A program made the translations under genes and the position numbers. DNA of 64,000 nt from an uncultured bacterium (GTDB lineage Bacteria > Krumholzibacteriota > Krumholzibacteriia > Krumholzibacteriales > Krumholzibacteriaceae). The notes below the pieces were generated by a model that saw nothing but the letters and a program-made list of their open reading frames with translations, made no database searches and was not told the origin of the DNA. The stretch spans positions 1,504,001 to 1,568,000 of the forward strand of contig CAWBAN010000001.1 of the NCBI GenBank assembly GCA_963786935.1, read 5' to 3'. This document shows, piece after piece, positions 39,518 through 50,464 of this stretch (positions are counted from its first letter, which is position 1; the number at the start of each line of letters is the position of its first letter).

Positions 39518-40408
39518 ATGAAAAGCAATACGTATCTCGTTATTTTACTGTTTATTACAATGACACTCCTCTTCAACGCATCGTGCGAATCGGACAGCAA
39601 GCCGACCGTCGAGCGCACGCACCCGCTCGATACGAACACGAGCGCGATCATCATCGACCATACCTGCCGGAACATCGATCTGATTCCGCAGGCCGCGATC
39701 GCGCAGGCCAAGGAAACCCTGCACATCGCCTACGGGCACACCTCCCACGGAAGCCAGCTCGTATACGGCATGACGGGGCTCGTCGGCTTCAAGGGCGCCC
39801 TCTACGCGTGGAACGAGGGGGGATCGGACGGCGCGCTCGACCTCAGGGACAGCCCGTCGCCGATGGAGGGGGATCTCGGCTACGCGAGCTGGGCCAGCAA
39901 CACGCGGACCTACCTCGACGCGCATCCCGAGGTGAACGTCATCATCTGGTCGTGGTGCGGGCAGGTGAGCGCCGCGTCGGAGGACGACATCGACGCCTAT
40001 CTGAGCAACATGACCGCCCTCGAGTCCGATTATCCGGGGGTAAAGTTCGTCTACATGACGGGGCATCTCGACGGCACGCCCCTCACGTACAACCTGCACC
40101 TGCGGAACGAGCAGATACGCGCCTACTGCAGGGCCCAGAAGAAGATCCTCTACGATTTCGCCGACATCGAATCGTACAACCCGGACGGTGTTTACTACGG
40201 CGCCTGGGAGCCCAACGACAACTGCGACTACGACGTCGACGGGAACGAGACGTGGGACGGCAACTGGGCGATCGAATGGCAGAACGCCAACCCGGGAAAA
40301 TGGTACGCCTGCACCGCCGCTCACACGCAGCCGCTGAACGGGAACCTCAAGGCGTATGCGGCGTGGTGGCTCTGGGCGCGGCTCGCCGGCTGGCAGGGTC
40401 CGGAGTAA
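39518..40408 (+). CDS. Hypothetical lipoprotein (possible SGNH-like fold)
   Basis: Lipobox NASC; YGHTSHGSQ, WSWCG, LYDFADIE. Confidence 0.7.
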   Translation: MKSNTYLVILLFITMTLLFNASCESDSKPTVERTHPLDTNTSAIIIDHTCRNIDLIPQAAIAQAKETLHIAYGHTSHGSQLVYGMTGLVGFKGALYAWNEGGSDGALDLRDSPSPMEGDLGYASWASNTRTYLDAHPEVNVIIWSWCGQVSAASEDDIDAYLSNMTALESDYPGVKFVYMTGHLDGTPLTYNLHLRNEQIRAYCRAQKKILYDFADIESYNPDGVYYGAWEPNDNCDYDVDGNETWDGNWAIEWQNANPGKWYACTAAHTQPLNGNLKAYAAWWLWARLAGWQGPE

Positions 40409-40461
40409 ATCGAAGCCCGGAGCGATAGAAGCCCGGCGCGATCAGGCGAAATCCGGCGCGA

Positions 40462-41043
40462 TCAGGCGCTCTTCCTCGACAGAATCGCGGCGACGGCCGC
40501 CTTGGCGATTTCCCCGCCGGCGAACGGCATGATCGCGAGCGAAGCCGTCTGCGCGAACGGGAATCCGCCGATGAAGGACAGGTAGGCGGCGCCGCCCGCG
40601 AGAATGAGCGCCATCCCGCAGAGAGACGCGCAGAACGCCGCGAGCCGGCCCCCGCCGAATTCCCGGAAGAGATATCCGGCCGCGAGCGCGGCCGCGGGGA
40701 AGGACACGAGGTATCCCCCGGTCGGGCCGAGGAACGCGCCCGCGCCGAAGCTGAATCCGGCGAACACGGGCGCCCCGGCCAGCCCGAGGCCGAGATACGC
40801 GAGCAGCGCGTAGAATCCGTCGCGGGCGCCGAGCGTGAGCCCGGCGAGAACGACGAAAAGGGTCTGCATCGTTACGGGGACGGGCGTGAAGGGAAGGGGC
40901 ACGGCGAGCTGGGCGGCGACCGCCGTGAAGCAGACGAACGCGAGGATCTTCGCCGGCCTCGCGAGAATCCCGGCCAGGCGGACCGGCTGAGCGTATACAT
41001 CGGCACAAACGATCTCTTTCATCCGCACGGCTGCTCCTTTCAC
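40462..41043 (-). CDS. bioY: Biotin transporter BioY
   Basis: PFTPVPVTMQT, YLGLGLAGAPVF, GPTGGYL. Confidence 0.92.
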   Translation of the reverse strand: MKGAAVRMKEIVCADVYAQPVRLAGILARPAKILAFVCFTAVAAQLAVPLPFTPVPVTMQTLFVVLAGLTLGARDGFYALLAYLGLGLAGAPVFAGFSFGAGAFLGPTGGYLVSFPAAALAAGYLFREFGGGRLAAFCASLCGMALILAGGAAYLSFIGGFPFAQTASLAIMPFAGGEIAKAAVAAILSRKSA

Positions 41044-41094
41044 GATTATCGTCCCTCTACGCTCGAGAGAGAGTAGCGGGCGCCGGGCGATATT

Positions 41095-41709
41095 TCAAGC
41101 AAAAGCGGCGGGGCCGCCCTCTCCCTTGACCTCGACGTTCCCGAGATAAAAGTGCGCCGTCAGCTCGAGGTAAGCCCGTATCTTCTGCAATATCAACGCA
41201 CTATCACCGGAAAGCGCATAGCTCGTCCGGATGGCGGCGAGCACGGCGATGAACTCGAAGAGGAATATCCTGAACGTCATGAGGTAGCGGTAGTTGAACT
41301 CGAGCTTCTCGAGATAGCCCTCCCCGCCGGCGGCGCGATCCGCGCGCAGCTCCGCGTAATCCGCCGCGGTCCCGTCGACGAACGCCTCCCGGTGCCTCGA
41401 CGACGTGGACTCGTGGGCCTGTTTCTCGATCGCTTCGAGCGCCGGCGCCACTTCCTCCTCCTTCAATCCGGCCGCGTCGGGGCCGGCGATACGCGCGACG
41501 AGCGCCTCGGCCGCCGCCAGGAGCTCGTTCAGAAAAACGATGTTCCGCTCGAGGGCGGCGGCGTAATCGGCCGCGTCGGGCCGCTCGCGCTTCTTCCCGA
41601 GGAGGAGATCGAAGTTGCGCCGGAACTCGGCGGGCGCGGGATAATGCTCCGCGAGATGCGATGAGAATGTCGCGAGCACGTCTTCGATCGTTGCGGGCGT
41701 GAGCGTCAT
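41095..41709 (-). CDS. Hypothetical helical protein
   Basis: Host codon usage, AAGG upstream, operon position. Confidence 0.65.
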   Translation of the reverse strand: MTLTPATIEDVLATFSSHLAEHYPAPAEFRRNFDLLLGKKRERPDAADYAAALERNIVFLNELLAAAEALVARIAGPDAAGLKEEEVAPALEAIEKQAHESTSSRHREAFVDGTAADYAELRADRAAGGEGYLEKLEFNYRYLMTFRIFLFEFIAVLAAIRTSYALSGDSALILQKIRAYLELTAHFYLGNVEVKGEGGPAAFA

Positions 41710-41730
41710 ATCGACTGCCTTTCGGCGGTT

Positions 41731-43359
41731 TCAGCGCACCGGAACGGCGAGCTCGAGGGCGCCGCGCGTCCCCGGGGCGAACGAGCCCACCGATCCGGCG
41801 GCGAACGCGCCCCCGTCCCCGACGGCGATGAATCCTTCCGGACGGGCCGCGAGCGCGCGCGCCTCGAACGGGAGAAATCCCGCGTCGACCATCGTGAATA
41901 TCGTTCCCGTCCCGCGGACGATCCGCGCGAGCGTGCCGTCCTGGAACTGCAGGACGAGGCCCGATCCGTCCGTCGAAGCGGCGATCACCTTTCCCGGCAG
42001 CGCGCCCCGGCCGATCTCCCCCATGGCGCCCGTGTCGAGGAGCGCGAGCGTATCGGCGCGGACCGACTTCCCCTTCGTCAGGATCGCGAGCGCGCCGTCC
42101 ATCGTTCCGATCAGGGAGCGCCTCGCCCGCCGAAGCGCCTTGTCGCCCCGATGCGCGACGGGAACGTTCCCCGCGGCGTCCCAGAACGAGATCCCCCGCG
42201 CCTTCGAAAACGCGAGCAGGGAATCGCCGTCGAGCGCGGTGTCGTCGATGTCGTTGCCGAGCTTCACGCCGGGGGACCACGATCCCGACGACGCGTCGTA
42301 CCGGTGGCAGAAGTCGTCTTCCGTCACGACGAACACGCCGCCGGAGCCGACGAACACGCGGCTGATCTTGCGCGCGAACGATTTCTCCTCGATGAGCGCC
42401 GGCTTCTCGCCGCACCGCACGAGGAAGAGCTTGCTCTTCGCCTGGAAGTTGACGCCGCACGCGGCGACCGCCCCGGCGCGCGAGGCGTCCGCCAAAGCCG
42501 CCGTTTTCGCGTTCACCGGCGCGATGAAAGTCCAAGCGGAATCGGATTTCGAGTCGAGCACGCCGGTGGCGGCGACATACAGGCCGCGCGAGCCGGCGCC
42601 CGACGGCTCCCCGAACATGAACAGGAGCGGCTCCCCATCGCCGCGCGTGAACTTGAAGCCGGCCCCCGGGAGCGAGCGCTGCGCCGTCCGCGGCACGCAC
42701 GCGCGCACGAGGAGCTCGCACGAATCGGGCCTCGCGCCGCGCGGAATCGCGAAGTAGAGGTAGCCGCCCCGCTCCTCGTTCGGCTCGAGACGCGCCGGCT
42801 TCATCATGCCGCTTTCGAATCCGGGATAGAACGACTTCCCGAAGAGGGGCCGGTAATACCGCCCGACGTCGACCTCGGTGTAGATAAAATAGAGCTCGAC
42901 GGGGGGAACGAACACCCCCGCGGCGAACGCCCCGGCGCCCCGCATCCGAAAATCGTCCGCCTCGCCCGGCTTGAGGAATCTCCTCGCCGCCTCCTTCGGG
43001 GCGAGCGGCCTGTGCGCGGCGCCGCCGGCCACGAAGGCGAATCCCTCGAATCCCGCGCCGAGGTCCATCCCGTTCGCGGTGTGGATGACGAGCGGCAACG
43101 GGCCGTTGTTGCGGATCGTCACGCGCACGGGGACGACGCCGCTGTCGGGCATCGCCTTCAGGAAGAAATCGGGCACGTCGTCCCCCTCGACCGCGAACCG
43201 CGCCGCGACGGCGAGGTCGGTTCCCGTGGGAGCGCTCTCGAGCGCGAGATCCGTCGGCCCGCGCTTGAAGTAGTTGCACGAGGGCGCGGCGAACGCCGCG
43301 CAGGCGAGCAGCGCGGCCGCGCCTGCGTATCGCGCGAGTTTCGCGTTCATTCCCCTCAT
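41731..43359 (-). CDS. Hypothetical lipoprotein with probable C-terminal beta-propeller
   Basis: Signal/lipobox APSC; start overlaps upstream stop. Confidence 0.65.
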   Translation of the reverse strand: MRGMNAKLARYAGAAALLACAAFAAPSCNYFKRGPTDLALESAPTGTDLAVAARFAVEGDDVPDFFLKAMPDSGVVPVRVTIRNNGPLPLVIHTANGMDLGAGFEGFAFVAGGAAHRPLAPKEAARRFLKPGEADDFRMRGAGAFAAGVFVPPVELYFIYTEVDVGRYYRPLFGKSFYPGFESGMMKPARLEPNEERGGYLYFAIPRGARPDSCELLVRACVPRTAQRSLPGAGFKFTRGDGEPLLFMFGEPSGAGSRGLYVAATGVLDSKSDSAWTFIAPVNAKTAALADASRAGAVAACGVNFQAKSKLFLVRCGEKPALIEEKSFARKISRVFVGSGGVFVVTEDDFCHRYDASSGSWSPGVKLGNDIDDTALDGDSLLAFSKARGISFWDAAGNVPVAHRGDKALRRARRSLIGTMDGALAILTKGKSVRADTLALLDTGAMGEIGRGALPGKVIAASTDGSGLVLQFQDGTLARIVRGTGTIFTMVDAGFLPFEARALAARPEGFIAVGDGGAFAAGSVGSFAPGTRGALELAVPVR

Positions 43360-44006
43360 TCCCGTCCCTTCTTCAGGCCTTCGAGGAGAACCGTTCTCCC
43401 GAGAGGCGTGACGCGGCAGTACCGTTCGGCGGTGCGCACGAAGCACGGATTCTCGCAGAAGCCGCCCGAGAGGTACAGGTGCGCCGGCCGGCCGAGAAAA
43501 TCGATCACGTTGCGCACGAAGCCGTGGAGGAACATGGCGACGCTCTCCTCGGGAGAGGTTCCGAGCGATATCTGCTCGAGCACGCGCTCCATGCCGAACA
43601 CGCCGCAGGTGACGTTCACCCATCGGTCGGACGGCGGCAGCGTCGAGAAATCGATGTCGTAGTAGTTGCCGAGAAGCTCGAGCGTCGCCCCCGTCGTCGA
43701 GCCGCACGCGAGGTTCCAGTCGAGCTTCTCGATCTTCCGGTCCCTGAACCGGACGAACTTTATATCCCTGCCCCCCACGTCGACAAGGGAAAAGTCCGCC
43801 TCCGCGACGAGCGAGAGCCCTCCCTCGGCGAGCGCGATGAGCTCGTTCCGGTAGACGGCGCACCTGCCGCGCGCGCAGTGCCCCGTCGCCACCTCGTACC
43901 GCTCGCCCTTCCGGCGGACGAGCTCCTTCGTCGGGACGATCTCGAGCGCACCCGATTCGAGATCGAGAATCTTCGAGTACGTGCTCCCGCAGTCGGCGAT
44001 CTTCAT
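43356..44006 (-). CDS. BadF/BcrAD-type ASKHA ATPase (2-hydroxyacyl-CoA dehydratase activator-like)
   Basis: DCGSTYSK, ATG, NE, DVGGRDIK, WNLACGSTTG, TCGVF, SGG. Confidence 0.8.
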   Translation of the reverse strand: MKIADCGSTYSKILDLESGALEIVPTKELVRRKGERYEVATGHCARGRCAVYRNELIALAEGGLSLVAEADFSLVDVGGRDIKFVRFRDRKIEKLDWNLACGSTTGATLELLGNYYDIDFSTLPPSDRWVNVTCGVFGMERVLEQISLGTSPEESVAMFLHGFVRNVIDFLGRPAHLYLSGGFCENPCFVRTAERYCRVTPLGRTVLLEGLKKGRE

Positions 44007-44752
44007 CGCGACAACCTCACGAACGCCTCGACCTTCGCCAGAATGGAATCGTTGATCTCGCGATGGCAGTCCACGGCGAGCCCCCGGTGCCGCTCGGCGA
44101 GATAGTGCGCGAGATCCTGCTTCGCGCAGAAGCTCTGGGTGAAGAACACCGTGGGAACGCCGTCGTCGACGGCGCACTCGAGCTCGACGTCGGACGGCCG
44201 CCCCGCCTCGACGCACCGCGTCCACCCGTACACGTGCGTCGTCTCCGGAAAGAGGGCGAGGATGCGGAAATCGTGCGGCGGCACGCCCCAGAAGCCGTGC
44301 GTCGGCGCGCAGGGGGCGGGCGCCGGGGACGGCGGCGACGGATCGACGACCGTCGCCATGATGCGGTCGATCTTCTCGCTCAGGGGCATCCGGGCGCGGC
44401 ACCAGACGAGCGGCCGGTCCTCGAACTCCTCGACCGGAAAGCGCGACTCGATCACGGTGAACCCCATCGTGCGCAGGAGGAACGCCGCGTGCCTCCCCCG
44501 GTCGCACTTGTCCTCCCCGACGGCGGCGACGATCGCGGCGAGCGAGCCCCCGAGGCGCACCGCGTTGTCCACGATGTTCGCGACGATCCGGCACGTCGTC
44601 GCGGGCAGGATTCCGGCGTCGGGGGATCGCCGGTCGACGTCGAGATCCACGAGCGGCAGCTCCGGGCCGAACCGCTCGCGCGCCTCGCGCAGCGTCCGGC
44701 GACGCGGGAAGCCGAAGTAGCCGATGACCGTTTCTGCGGGGGATTGTTTCAT
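44003..44752 (-). CDS. Cys-containing hypothetical protein, possible minimal dehydratase-like partner of the activase
   Basis: TTC, KCD, FWGVPP, GWTRC, SFCAK, KVEAF; coupled to the activase. Confidence 0.6.
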   Translation of the reverse strand: MKQSPAETVIGYFGFPRRRTLREARERFGPELPLVDLDVDRRSPDAGILPATTCRIVANIVDNAVRLGGSLAAIVAAVGEDKCDRGRHAAFLLRTMGFTVIESRFPVEEFEDRPLVWCRARMPLSEKIDRIMATVVDPSPPSPAPAPCAPTHGFWGVPPHDFRILALFPETTHVYGWTRCVEAGRPSDVELECAVDDGVPTVFFTQSFCAKQDLAHYLAERHRGLAVDCHREINDSILAKVEAFVRLSR

Positions 44753-44818
44753 CGTGATGTTCGACGGAAGGGCGAATCGCGCGGCGCGCCGCGGGTCACA
44801 GGACGCGGGAGCCGACGC

Positions 44819-45289
44819 TCACTCCGCGTCCTCGCCGTTCTCGACGCGCGCGATCGCGTCGACGACGTCCTGCGGCTTCTTGGCGTCGACCAGCTTCTTC
44901 CGGAATTTGTCGAGCTTGATCATCTTGACGATCTTGGCGATCGCCTGCACGTGGGGACCCGATTCGGAAGTCGGCGCGACCATGAGGAAAAAGAGATGGG
45001 AGGGCTTCCCGTCCTGCGCGGCGAAATCGACGCCGGCGCGCGAAACGCCGATGACGATGCTGAGGCTCTTCACCGCGTCGCACTTCGCGTGGGGAATCGC
45101 CACGCCCTTCTCGAGCCCGGTCGATCCCTCGCGCTCCCGGCTCATCACGGCCTCGTATACCGCGTCGGGATCCGAGACGTCGCTCGTTTCCACGAGAAGC
45201 GACACGAGCTCCTCGATGATCTCTTCCTTGCTGTCCGCCTCGAGATTGATCTTCACGTGAGCGGGCGTTATGAAATCGATAAGCTTCAT
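44819..45289 (-). CDS. PTS IIA-like protein (Ntr/fructose type)
   Basis: REREGSTG..GVAIPHA phospho-His motif. Confidence 0.9.
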   Translation of the reverse strand: MKLIDFITPAHVKINLEADSKEEIIEELVSLLVETSDVSDPDAVYEAVMSREREGSTGLEKGVAIPHAKCDAVKSLSIVIGVSRAGVDFAAQDGKPSHLFFLMVAPTSESGPHVQAIAKIVKMIKLDKFRKKLVDAKKPQDVVDAIARVENGEDAE

Positions 45290-45407
45290 TGCTCGTTGCC
45301 TCCTCGGGAGCCGTTCGCGCCGGCGCCCCGACATTCACGGAACATAATCAACGCCGTGTCCGCGCGCAAGGCTCCTGTTGCCGCCGCGCGGGGACGCCCG
45401 AATCCCT

Positions 45408-45902
45408 TCAAATCGACTCGTACAGCTTGTCGACCTTGTGCTTGTTCCGCACGACGAGAACGGGGCAACTTACCCGCCGCAGGATCCGCTCCCCCTCCTC
45501 GTAGAAGGAGTCGCGGAGGCTCAGCACTTCCCCGAGCTCCCCCTGGATGAGCAGGTCGCAGTCGCTCGCGGTGACCTCGCGGGCGACCTCCTCGTGGACG
45601 ACGCCCTTGCGGAGAATCGTCTCGACCTTGACGCCCTTCCTCTCGGCGAGCTTCACGATGTAGTTGAGCTTGCGCTTCCCGTCCTCCTCGAGGTCCCGCT
45701 CGTAATCCATCTTCTCCATCTGCACGAAAACCTTCGCGCCGAGGAGCTCGCTCAGGAGATTGTCGTTCACGACGTAGATGACCTTGAAGTGCGAGCCGTG
45801 CGCTTTCGAGAGAGCGATGGCGAACAGCGCGGCCGTGATCGACGATTCGCTTCCGTCGATGTACAGCAGGATCTTGCCGAAGGGATTCGCCGTACCGGTC
45901 AT
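45408..45902 (-). CDS. Universal stress protein
   Basis: KILLYIDGSE, DLLIQG, CPVLVV. Confidence 0.85.
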   Translation of the reverse strand: MTGTANPFGKILLYIDGSESSITAALFAIALSKAHGSHFKVIYVVNDNLLSELLGAKVFVQMEKMDYERDLEEDGKRKLNYIVKLAERKGVKVETILRKGVVHEEVAREVTASDCDLLIQGELGEVLSLRDSFYEEGERILRRVSCPVLVVRNKHKVDKLYESI

Positions 45903-46537
45903 GGAGCAGCCTCTTTCCTCTTCTGAAGGTGATTCTTGATCATCTTGTTGATGAAGAACGCCTCCCGGTCCATTTCCTCGAGAGACTGTACGATATATCG
46001 AAGCGTATCCTCGTAATCGGGAATGAATACCTTCTCGAGCGCGTTGACGCGGCGGATCGTTTTCGCCACCTCGCGCGACAGGCGCATGAGCGAAATACGG
46101 GCTTCGGCGAGGGCGCCGATGAGCTTGAGGACTTCCCGGAAGCGGACGTTCGCCTCCGAGAGCCAGATGCTGCTCTCGACGGCCACCACGTACGGCGACT
46201 TGTCGTCGAAATCGACGCGGACCTTCGGGATCGACACGCCCATCACGCGCCTCTCGGAGAACTTGATATCGGAACGGATATGAATCCCCATGGAGACGAG
46301 CGTCAGCTCGCGGCGGCCGATCCGGAGCATCGCCTGATCGAGCGCCTTATAGGCGACGGCGAGCCGTTCCTCGACCCGCTCCTGCGTCTCGACGGCGCGG
46401 TCGATGAGCCCCATGAGCTCGACGACGAGAATCTTGCGCTTCTGGTCGAGGAGCTCCCAGCCCTCGTTGGCGAAGCCGAGATCGCGCTTCACCTTCATGA
46501 GGTTGGTCTTGGTCGGGGCTATTTCGTATCGCGCCAT
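45899..46537 (-). CDS. ntpD: V/A-type ATPase subunit D
   Basis: [29 protein letters not shown]. Confidence 0.92.
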   Translation of the reverse strand: MARYEIAPTKTNLMKVKRDLGFANEGWELLDQKRKILVVELMGLIDRAVETQERVEERLAVAYKALDQAMLRIGRRELTLVSMGIHIRSDIKFSERRVMGVSIPKVRVDFDDKSPYVVAVESSIWLSEANVRFREVLKLIGALAEARISLMRLSREVAKTIRRVNALEKVFIPDYEDTLRYIVQSLEEMDREAFFINKMIKNHLQKRKEAAP

Positions 46538-46540
46538 ACG

Positions 46541-47934
46541 CTATTTCCCGTAGTATTTGTTGAGCTCTTCCTCGGAGATCCGGTGCAGCTCCTCCTTCGG
46601 CAGGTAGGAGATCACCTTCCATCCGATGTCGAGCGTCTGTTCGATGGTCCGGTCCTCGTATTCCCCCTGGCTCAGGAACTCGCGCTCGAAGCGGTTGCCG
46701 AAATCGAGGTACGTTGTTGTCGAGCGGCGTGAGCTCCTCCTCGCCGATGACGGCGGCGAGCGCCCGCACGTCCTTCACGTGCGAGTACGCCGCGAAGAGC
46801 TGGCTCGCGACGTGCGCGTGGTCGCCGCGGGTCATCCCCTCGCCGATCCCGTCCTTCATGAGCCGGGAGAGCGAGGGCAGCCCCGCGATCGGCGGGTAGA
46901 TGTCCCGCTGGTCGAGCTCGCGCTCGAGCACGATCTGCCCCTCGGTGATGTAGCCCGAGAGGTCGGGGACGGGATGGGATATGTCGTCGTTCGGCATCGT
47001 GAGGATGGGCATCTGGGTGATCGATCCCGTGTAGCCCTTCACCATCCCGGCGCGCTCGTAGATGCTCGAGAGGTCGCTGTAGAGGTAGCCGGGATATCCC
47101 TTGCGGCGTCGGGATCTCCTCGCGGACCGTCGAGATCTCGCGGAGCGACTCGCAGTAGTTCGACATGTCGGTGAGGATGACGAGCACGTGCATGTTCTCG
47201 CGGAACGCGAGGTATTCCGCCGCCGTGAGCGCCACGCGCGGCGTCACGATACGCTCGACCGACGGATCGTCGGCGAGGTTCAGGAAGAACACCACCTTCT
47301 CGAGCACGCCCGACGCCTCGAAGTTGCTCACGAAATAGCGCGCGACGTCGTGCTTGATCCCCATCGCCGCGAAGACGATCGCGAACTGCACGTTCTCGCC
47401 GGTGATCTTCGCCTGCCGCGTGATCTGCGCGGCGATCTTGTTGTGCGGGAGCCCCGTGCCGGAGAAGATCGGGAGCTTCTGCCCGCGCACGAGGGCGTTC
47501 ATGCCGTCGATCGCCGAGATGCCGGTCTGGATGCACTTGCGCGGATACTCGCGGGCGGTCGGGTTGATCGGGAGCCCGTTGACGTCGACCATCTCCTCGA
47601 TCATCGGCGGAGGCCCGCCGTCGATCGGCGCTCCGAGACCGTCGAAGACGCGGCCGAGGATCTCTTTCCCCACGCCGAACGTCAGCGGCTCCCCCCGGAA
47701 GCGCACGCGGGTGTCGGGGATCGAGAGCCCCGAGGTCCCCTCGAAGACCTGGATCACCGCGGCTCCGTCGCTCGCTTCGAGCACCATGCCGAGGCGCACG
47801 TGCCCCTTGGAATCGACGATTTCGGCGAGCTCGTTGTACCCGACGTTGTGGATTCCCTTGACGAAGACGAGGGGGCCGTTCACCTGGGCGATGCCGATGT
47901 ACTCTCTCCCCTCCGCGAGCTTCTTTTCCATCAT
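46541..47934 (-). CDS. ntpB: V/A-type ATPase subunit B, apparent frameshifts near 47108 and 46712
   Basis: [57 protein letters not shown] across three frames. Confidence 0.88.
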
Positions 47935-47948
47935 ACCGTCACCGTTTC

Positions 47949-49721
47949 TCATTCGAACATCTCCGCGACCTGCTGCATGGACTTGTGCAGCTTCTCACGT
48001 ATCTCGTCTATCTTCCCGATCTCGTCGTTCGAGACCGCGAACTTCATTCTCATGATGTCGGAGTGGACCTCGAGCTTCTTGATCTGATGGATGCTCGCGC
48101 CCTTCTTGATGTTCTCGAGCCCGAGCTTGTAGAAATCGAGAATCACGCGGAGCATCTTGATCTGCTTTTCCGGCGTGCAGTACATGTCGACCTTGTCGTA
48201 GCGTTCTGCTGGAGAAAGGCGTTCTTGAACATCTCGCACGTCTCGAGCACGATGCGCTGCGTGTCGGGGAGCACGTCGGGACCGACGAGCTTCACCACCT
48301 GCTGAAGCTTCCCCTCCTGCTGGAGGAGATCCATGATCGCGGTGCCGCAGGTCCATCCACTCGCCGCCCGAGTGCTCCTGCCACCAGTCGGCGATCGTCG
48401 TCGACGTACTCGCTGTAGCTGTCGAGCCACGAGATGGCGGGGTAGTGGCGCGCGTTGGCGAGCTGGCGGTCGAGCGCCCAGAGGCACCGGACGAACCGCT
48501 TCGTGTGCTGCGTCACGGGCTCGGAGAAATCGCCGCCGGGGGGAGAGACCGCGCCGACGATGCTGATCGAGCCCTCTCCCCCGAGAGCGTCTGGAACATC
48601 CCCGCGCGCTCGTAGAATTCGGCGAGCCGCGTCGGGAGATAGGCGGGGAAGCCCTCGTCGGCCGGCATCTCCTCCATGCGCCCGGAGAGCTCGCGGAGCG
48701 CCTCCGCCCAGCGGGAGGTCGAATCGGCCATGATGGCCACGTGGTATCCCTGATCGCGATAGTACTCGGCGAGCGTGATCCCCGTGTAGATCGAGGCCTC
48801 GCGCGCCGCGACCGGCATGTTCGAAGTGTTGGCGATCAGGATCGTGCGCTCCATGAGGGGGCGTTTCGTCCGCGGATCGATCAGCTCGGGGAAGCTCATG
48901 AGCACGTCGGTCATCTCGTTCCCGCGCTCGCCGCAGCCGATGTAGACGATGATATCGGCGTCGCACCATTTCGCGAGCGCGTGCTGGATCATCGTTTTGC
49001 CCGTGCCGAAGCCGCCGGGCACGACGACGGTGCCGCCCTTCGCCTGCGGGAACAGGGTGTCGATGACGCGCTGCCCCGTGATGAGCGGGAGCCTGAGCGG
49101 CAGCCGCCCTTTCGACGGCCGCGCCTTCCGCACCGGCCACTGGTGGAAGAGACGCACCTCGGTCTCTTTTCCCGAGGCGCCGGCGACGCGGAGCACGACC
49201 TCGTCGATCGTGTAGGAACCCGCCTTCGCCGCCCACGTGACCTTCCCCTTGACGTCGGGAGGCACGAGGACGCGGTGCTCCATGAGCACCGTCTCCTGGA
49301 GCTTCCCGACGAACTCTCCACCCTCGACCCGCGCGCCGGCTTCGAGAATCGGCGTGAACTCCCATTTCTTTTCGCGGTCGAGCGACGTGATATGGATGCC
49401 CTTCTGGATATACACGCTCCCCGAGCTGTCGCGGATGACTTCGAGCGGCCGCTGGATGCCGTCGTAGATCGTGCCGAGGAGTCCGGGGCCGAGCTCCACC
49501 GACAGCGGCAGCCCCGCGCTGTAGACGTTCGATCCCGGCGCGAGCCCCGTCGTGTCCTCGTACACCTGGATGGCCGCGTGCTCCCCCTCGAGCTTCACGA
49601 TCTCGCCGACGAGGTGATCCTCGCCCACCTCGACGAGATCGAGCATCTTCGCGCTGGCGACGCCCCTCGCGTGCACCACGGGTCCGACGATTTTGTGTAC
49701 CTTTCCAATGATCTCAAGCAC
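47949..49721 (-). CDS. ntpA: V/A-type ATPase subunit A, about four apparent frameshifts at 48200-48590
   Basis: GGFGTGKT Walker [48 protein letters not shown]. Confidence 0.88.
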
Positions 49722-49784
49722 CGCAGGATTCCTCTTTCTTGACGTCTTCGCCTTCTGCGTTCGGCCCGATTGGCGGCCGTTCGA

Positions 49785-50432
49785 TTATTCGATCGTATCC
49801 TCCGAGGAGAATATTCCGCGGAATATGACCGCTCTGATATCGTCTCTGAACCGGTACATGCGCGATTCGAACGTATTGTCGTAGAGAACGTTCCCGCCCG
49901 GCACGCCGACCTGCACGCCTCCCGCCGTCGAGCCGGCGAGCGGCTTCGCCTCGAGCCGCTTCACGGCGCGCCCCTCCCCCTTCATGATCTCCCTCGCCGC
50001 CGGAAACGCCGCGGACTCGAGCAGCCCCAGATCGCGCGCGTCGGCGTACACGACGAACTCGTCGCCGTCGAGGGCGCGGAGCGCCTCGGCGATGAGCCCG
50101 GCGAGCACCTTCGGATAGTCCGAGCGCTTCCGCACCGCGTCGATCTCCGCCTGCACCGCGCTCATCACCGCCGTCACGACTTCCTCGCGGGCCTTGAGCC
50201 TGATGCGCCGCACATCGAGGCTCACGCTCGAGAGGGCGCGCTTCTTCGCGAGCTCCCCCTTCTCGACGGCCTCCTCGACGATCCGCTCGCCGATTTTCCG
50301 CGCCTCGTCCTCCGCCTTCGCCGTGATCTCGGCGGCGGTGCGCCGGGCCTTGTCGAGGATCGAGCTCACTTCCTTCGCTCCGTCTTCCCTGATCTGGTCG
50401 CGGATCTTCTCGACGGAATCCTTTTCAGCCAA
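49785..50432 (-). CDS. ntpE: V/A-type ATPase subunit E
   Basis: Coiled-coil N-terminus, GGV..YDNTFESR; operon position. Confidence 0.82.
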   Translation of the reverse strand: MAEKDSVEKIRDQIREDGAKEVSSILDKARRTAAEITAKAEDEARKIGERIVEEAVEKGELAKKRALSSVSLDVRRIRLKAREEVVTAVMSAVQAEIDAVRKRSDYPKVLAGLIAEALRALDGDEFVVYADARDLGLLESAAFPAAREIMKGEGRAVKRLEAKPLAGSTAGGVQVGVPGGNVLYDNTFESRMYRFRDDIRAVIFRGIFSSEDTIE

Positions 50433-50464
50433 CGTTCCTGCTCCCTTGCATGTTCGACACGCCG

